In this document: in pieces, positions 60,739 through 64,000 of the stretch
Layout: each line of letters begins with the position of its first letter
Position numbering within the stretch: the first letter of the stretch is position 1
Source of the DNA: Eledone cirrhosa
Taxonomy: Eukaryota
Assembly: GCA_964016885.1 (NCBI GenBank)
Contig: OZ024742.1
Location: 54,746,001-54,810,000 of the forward strand
Reading direction: 5' to 3'
Length of the DNA: 64,000 bases
The notes under the pieces: model-generated
What the model saw: the letters and a program-made list of their open reading frames with translations, nothing else
What the model was told of the DNA's origin: nothing
Databases searched by the model: none
Made by a program: the position numbers and the translations under genes

Positions 60739-60924
60739 GCAGTGGATTGGCAGTATCGGTAGAGGGTCGGACGCCATGCTTTGACGCATAGATTTACGGC
60801 CCTTGCCATTCTGAGTTCAAATCCCGCTGAGGTTAACTTTGCCTTTCATCCTTACGGGGTCGATAAAATAAAGTACCAGTAATACACCGAGTAATTGCTG
60901 GCCTTGTGCCGAAAGTAGAACCAA
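60739..60924 (+). mobile_element. tRNA-derived SINE with an 11 bp TSD, nested in an RTE derivative (60668-61160)
   Basis: TSD ttaattaattc at 60728-60738 and 60925-60935; A and B boxes present. Confidence 0.92.
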
Positions 60925-61501
60925 TTAATTAATTCTATCGTGCAATGCCTGTGCATGAAGATATTTTTTAAAGTGAGGAAAGACTGTGCACTGAGCCAAT
61001 CCCACTCTCTGAGCGACAGTAGCTATAACCCCAAAAGAAGAAAAGATCAACATCATCGGTAACTACTGAGCCGCAGGTTTTATATGGGAGTTAATCCAGT
61101 TTCCTGAGTTGCCTTCTCCTAGAAGAATGCTCTGACAAAGGCTAAGGGTCCTTCACTCCCAGTGGTTTAACCGCACGATCGGGTATCCAGCCCGATTATT
61201 TCTATGTCGCCGTGCATATACATATACATGTATATACATATATACATATGTATATACACATGTATATACATATATACATATGTATATACATATTTACACA
61301 TTTTTGGATGGTCGTTATCTCATGAGATCTTCCGCCCTTTGTCTTTGTCAGGTTTCGTTTTTTGTCCTGCAGGGTGTCTAAAATCACCCTTCTCACCAAG
61401 TAAACTTGGTGGAGTTGCCAGTATATTCGCCAACGACCCGACCATGCAACAGGTTGTACTGGGTTACATGTTACCTGTAGCACTCAAGAGTGACCTGACA
61501 T

Positions 61502-62027
<526 letters not shown>

Positions 62028-62463
62028 TGTCAGGTCACTCTTGAGTGCTACTGGTAACATGTGACCCAGTACAACCTGTTGCATGGTCGGGTCGTTGGCG
62101 AATATACTGGCAACTCCACCATATACATACATATATATACTATATATACTATATATACTATAGAGAGAAATTCGTTTTCAAATATAAAAACTGCAAAGAT
62201 GTAGGTGAAAAAGTTATGTCAGCTCAAGATAAGATATATATGTATAATTATACGTTTGAATGCCACTGTGAAATACTTGTCATGATACGTTTGTTAATGA
62301 CTGTTTACTATTATAAAGGTTTTCCGGTATGCTTTGTTGTTAGACGAGATGAATCTGTTGAGGTATTTATATCTTATTTAATTTAATTCAGACGACACCT
62401 ATTAGCATGAAACATATGTAAATTAAATTATGATATAATTAACAGCGTTTAGTAATATATTTT

Positions 62464-62537
<74 letters not shown>

Positions 62538-63539
62538 AGATATAAACCAGAACTACGCTTGACTGCAGTAATGCATCCTTATTTTCTTTCGAACCCTCGT
62601 TTCTGATCCTTTACCTCACTGCATTCCTCTACCTCCCACCCCTCTGTCCTATTTACACAAAATCCATATCCACCCTATCTAACCCATCGTTCCCAACATG
62701 CAAATATGTGTCTTTCCATGCACACAACATGCATACACAAAAACATGGCTGCATCATACACCCATGTATCTGTATCCACGGTCATTATAACACAATCTCC
62801 CCACTCCTACTGATACTGAGGCATGCACGCATATAAACGGAAGCCCACACACCACATACCTACGTATCCAAGACTCACGCTTGAAGGTGCATGTCTACTT
62901 CTTTGTGTTGCGCTAGCGTCTCTGATCACGAGGCACCCAATGCTGTGACAGTAACGTCGTTGGCGTTGAATGTTTCCCAACATTCATCAGCCCCTACTAC
63001 GTCACGGCTCTATCCATATCCAGGCAGGTAGTTACTTCATAATTTGTAGTTCGGCTGTATGCGGTTGTACCACTATATCGTTGTAACCAAATTTAAACAG
63101 TTTCTTTTGCGGGTATACCACGAAATAAAATATATAAGGCAACGATCTTATTCGCTACCGTTCTCTTTTCTATAATTCCCTTTGCAACTGTTTCTACATA
63201 TGTGTCTATGTATGTATACGCAGAATTTCATATACATATTTATACATCCCCTATGTTCACGCGTGCGCACCCACTCAAACCTCAACAATTTCACAATAGG
63301 CAGCCCGTCATGGCCTAATTCCCATCTTTCAAACCTTTGACTAAAAACGAACCCCCATATATAGATACATATGACACACAGGTCACTCAAAATATATAAC
63401 GCCTACTAATCCTTCTAAACTAACAATTAACATTCCCACTGATCAGCATTTCGTCAAAATGGCTGACTGAATACATACATGTTTTGATCAAAATAGTTTT
63501 TCCGTTCTTTTATTTTCTTACTATCTATCCTTCTATTTC

Positions 63540-63680
63540 ACCTTTTATTTCTCTATATCTACTGATGAAGGACTAGAGTCCGAAAGGTTAAGACACTTTT
63601 CCTTCTATATCAAGCATTAAAAGAATAGGTTTCTGGATCATGATGTGTTGTTTGCTTTGCTATTTCTGTTTACATTTTAC
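63540..63680 (+). mobile_element. PLE pLTR with a minimal HHR at 63562-63593
   Basis: CTGATGA A GGAC TAGA GTCC GAAA GGT TA AGA; same family as 4860-4995; ends in (CA)n(TA)n. Confidence 0.7.
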
Positions 63681-63696
63681 ACACACACATGCACAT

Positions 63697-63872
<176 letters not shown>

Positions 63873-64000
63873 GGAGAACGCTCCCCAGAGATATGTATGT
63901 TGCTCTGAAGGTATGATGTTGTTTGTGACATAATCAAACTGATATTAGATCTCAGACAATATATGGCCGATCAATGTTTATCAACTAGACAGCAATAACA

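Noticed and set aside
62050-62095. Twister ribozyme (UAA-CATG...CATG)
   Set aside because: The T1/T2 pseudoknot pairings and conserved loop residues are absent.

Overview
This is AT-rich, microsatellite-dense animal genomic DNA, most likely an octopod cephalopod (inferred from the SINE type and the (TA)n/(CA)n load). I found no recognisable host gene; most ORFs in the track are translated microsatellites. The window is mostly retroelement remains: at least three lineages of Penelope-like elements (PLEs; a Naiad-like type with GLYRDD, a Neptune-like type and a third endonuclease-bearing family), CRE, RTE and CR1/Jockey LINE fragments, a gag-like LINE ORF1, seven copies of a tRNA-derived SINE and an internally deleted Tc1/mariner. 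The main signal is about 25 type I hammerhead ribozyme (HHR) motifs from more than ten sequence families. Many sit in non-coding elements that form head-to-head fold-backs (0.3-2.9 kb) or partial tandem, retrozyme-like arrays, with their 3' ends pointing into (TA)n tracts. Two well-folded HHRs (and a weaker third) carry a compensatory U3-A8 core (UUGAAAA) instead of CUGANGA. One Naiad-like copy has TGA exactly at a conserved zinc-finger Cys. All structures were read by eye, and element boundaries are approximate.
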